A stretch of DNA of 54,596 bases. Origin: Octopus bimaculoides (taxonomy: Eukaryota). Under the pieces are notes generated by a model. It was not told where the DNA came from and searched no databases. It saw nothing but the letters and a program-made list of their open reading frames with translations. Positions 53,547 through 54,596 of this stretch are shown one piece after another. The stretch is from the NCBI RefSeq assembly GCF_001194135.2, contig NC_068983.1, positions 17,961,320 through 18,015,915 on the forward strand, written 5' to 3'. Each line of letters opens with the position of its first letter. The stretch's first letter is position 1. Position numbers and translations under genes: made by a program.

Positions 53547-54075
53547 AGAAATTTTATTTACCACCAGTGGTCTAGCGAGAATAAAAAACAGTCAATAGAC
53601 TATATATCATTCATTTAAATTTGGAAAATTAAACATATGAACATAGGCCATGCTCCCTATGACTCGTGTTCATATGTTGTCTGATTATTCTGCTGATGAT
53701 AGTTCGACCATTGTAAGGTATATTTTTATCTTACTAAAATGACTTGAAACCATGGTACAGAATATAGATTGGTAAATGTTTTTATTTTTCATTCCCTTTC
53801 GAAATTATCCCTATTTTTGTGGTATGTAGTCTTTTGCTGCTCTTTCTAGCGGGTCAGATGTCCTATTATAGGCATCTCTGTATTTTAAATGAATGATATA
53901 TAGTCTATTGACTGATTTTTATTCTCGCTAGACCACTGGTGGTAAATAAAATTTCTAAAATTTTTTTGCTACCCTATAATTTATTAATAACGATAAAATT
54001 TTTTGGCTAATTTCTGAAAGAAAATCAGCATTTTTTGTATTTGCTGCCGATTAGGTAAACCGCAAATGCGCGGTG
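53546..54075. mobile_element. Non-autonomous inverted-repeat element, left arm truncated
   Basis: 74-bp near-perfect inverted repeat 53546-53619 / 53884-53957 (tagaaattttatttaccaccagtggtctagcgagaataaaaaa...). The right side continues to ...gcaaatgcgcggtg (54075). Confidence 0.65.
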
Positions 54076-54354
54076 AATTTGGAAAATTAAACATATGAAC
54101 ATAGGCCATGCTCCCTATGACTCGTGCTCATATGTTGTCTGGTTATTACGCTGATGATAGTTCGACGATTGTAAGGTATATTTTTATCTTACTAAAATGA
54201 TTTGAAACCATGGTAAGGAATATAGATTGGTAAATGTTTTTATTTTTCATTCCCTTTCGAAATTATCCCTATTTTTGTGGTATGTAGTCTTTTGCTGCTC
54301 TTTCTAGCGGGTCAGATGTCCTATTATCGGCATCTCTGTATTTTAAATGAATGA

Positions 54355-54357
<3 letters not shown>
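54076..54357. repeat. 282-bp direct duplicate of 53618-53899 (period 458)
   Basis: aatttggaaaattaaacatatgaacataggccatgctccc ... ttttaaatgaatgatat occurs twice with only a few substitutions. Confidence 0.95.
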
Positions 54358-54399
<42 letters not shown>

Positions 54400-54400
54400 G
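54358..54400. repeat. (TCTA)n microsatellite at the 5' junction of the second Tx1-type element
   Basis: Direct reading. Confidence 0.97.
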
Positions 54401-54596
54401 ACGCTGAGGGGCATCCCGCGAAAGTTGGGATGCGGGACGAGCGTGTCGGCATACGCGGACGACGTCACCGTCATAGTGTCTAGCCAAAAGCACATCGAGC
54501 TTGTCGGCGAGACACTGAGAAACTACGAAGCGGTAACGGGAGCGAAAACCAACCGGGATAAGTCAGTGGGCTTGCGGCTCGGCACCTGGAGAAGCA
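54401..54596 (+). mobile_element. 5'-truncated Tx1/L1-type LINE, reverse transcriptase YADD region, running off the window
   Basis: Open frame TLRGIPRKLGCGTSVSAYADDVTVIVSSQKHIELVGETLRNYEAVTGAKTNRDKSVGLRLGTWRS; YADD at 54452-54463, GAKxNxxKS motif. No stops; high GC/CpG content. Confidence 0.93.

Overview
AT-rich, repeat-saturated eukaryotic DNA with 15 N-gaps, nearly all bordered by microsatellites. The SINE families and dense (TA)n/(CA)n/(TATC)n tracts look like a coleoid cephalopod (Octopus-type) genome; this is inferred from family recognition. No host protein-coding exon, tRNA gene or rRNA could be supported, and most track ORFs are translated microsatellites. The window is a fossil bed of mobile DNA: three internally deleted Tc1/mariner elements, long-TIR/foldback elements, many copies of three tRNA-derived SINE families (one nested), an RTE-type LINE fragment, two Tx1/L1-type fragments and several R4/Dong-type (restriction-like endonuclease) fragments. 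Two signals stand out. (1) Several minimal type I hammerhead-ribozyme motifs of the Penelope type: one nearly intact at 15104-15148, one inside a 451-bp palindrome, and one in the tail of an element whose second copy has a tRNA-derived Pol III head (46107-46474). (2) Non-LTR retrotransposon junctions repeatedly fall in specific microsatellites: R4-type in (TACA)n, Tx1-type in (TCTA)n, RTE in (CCAT)n. All assignments are from hand reading, not database searches.
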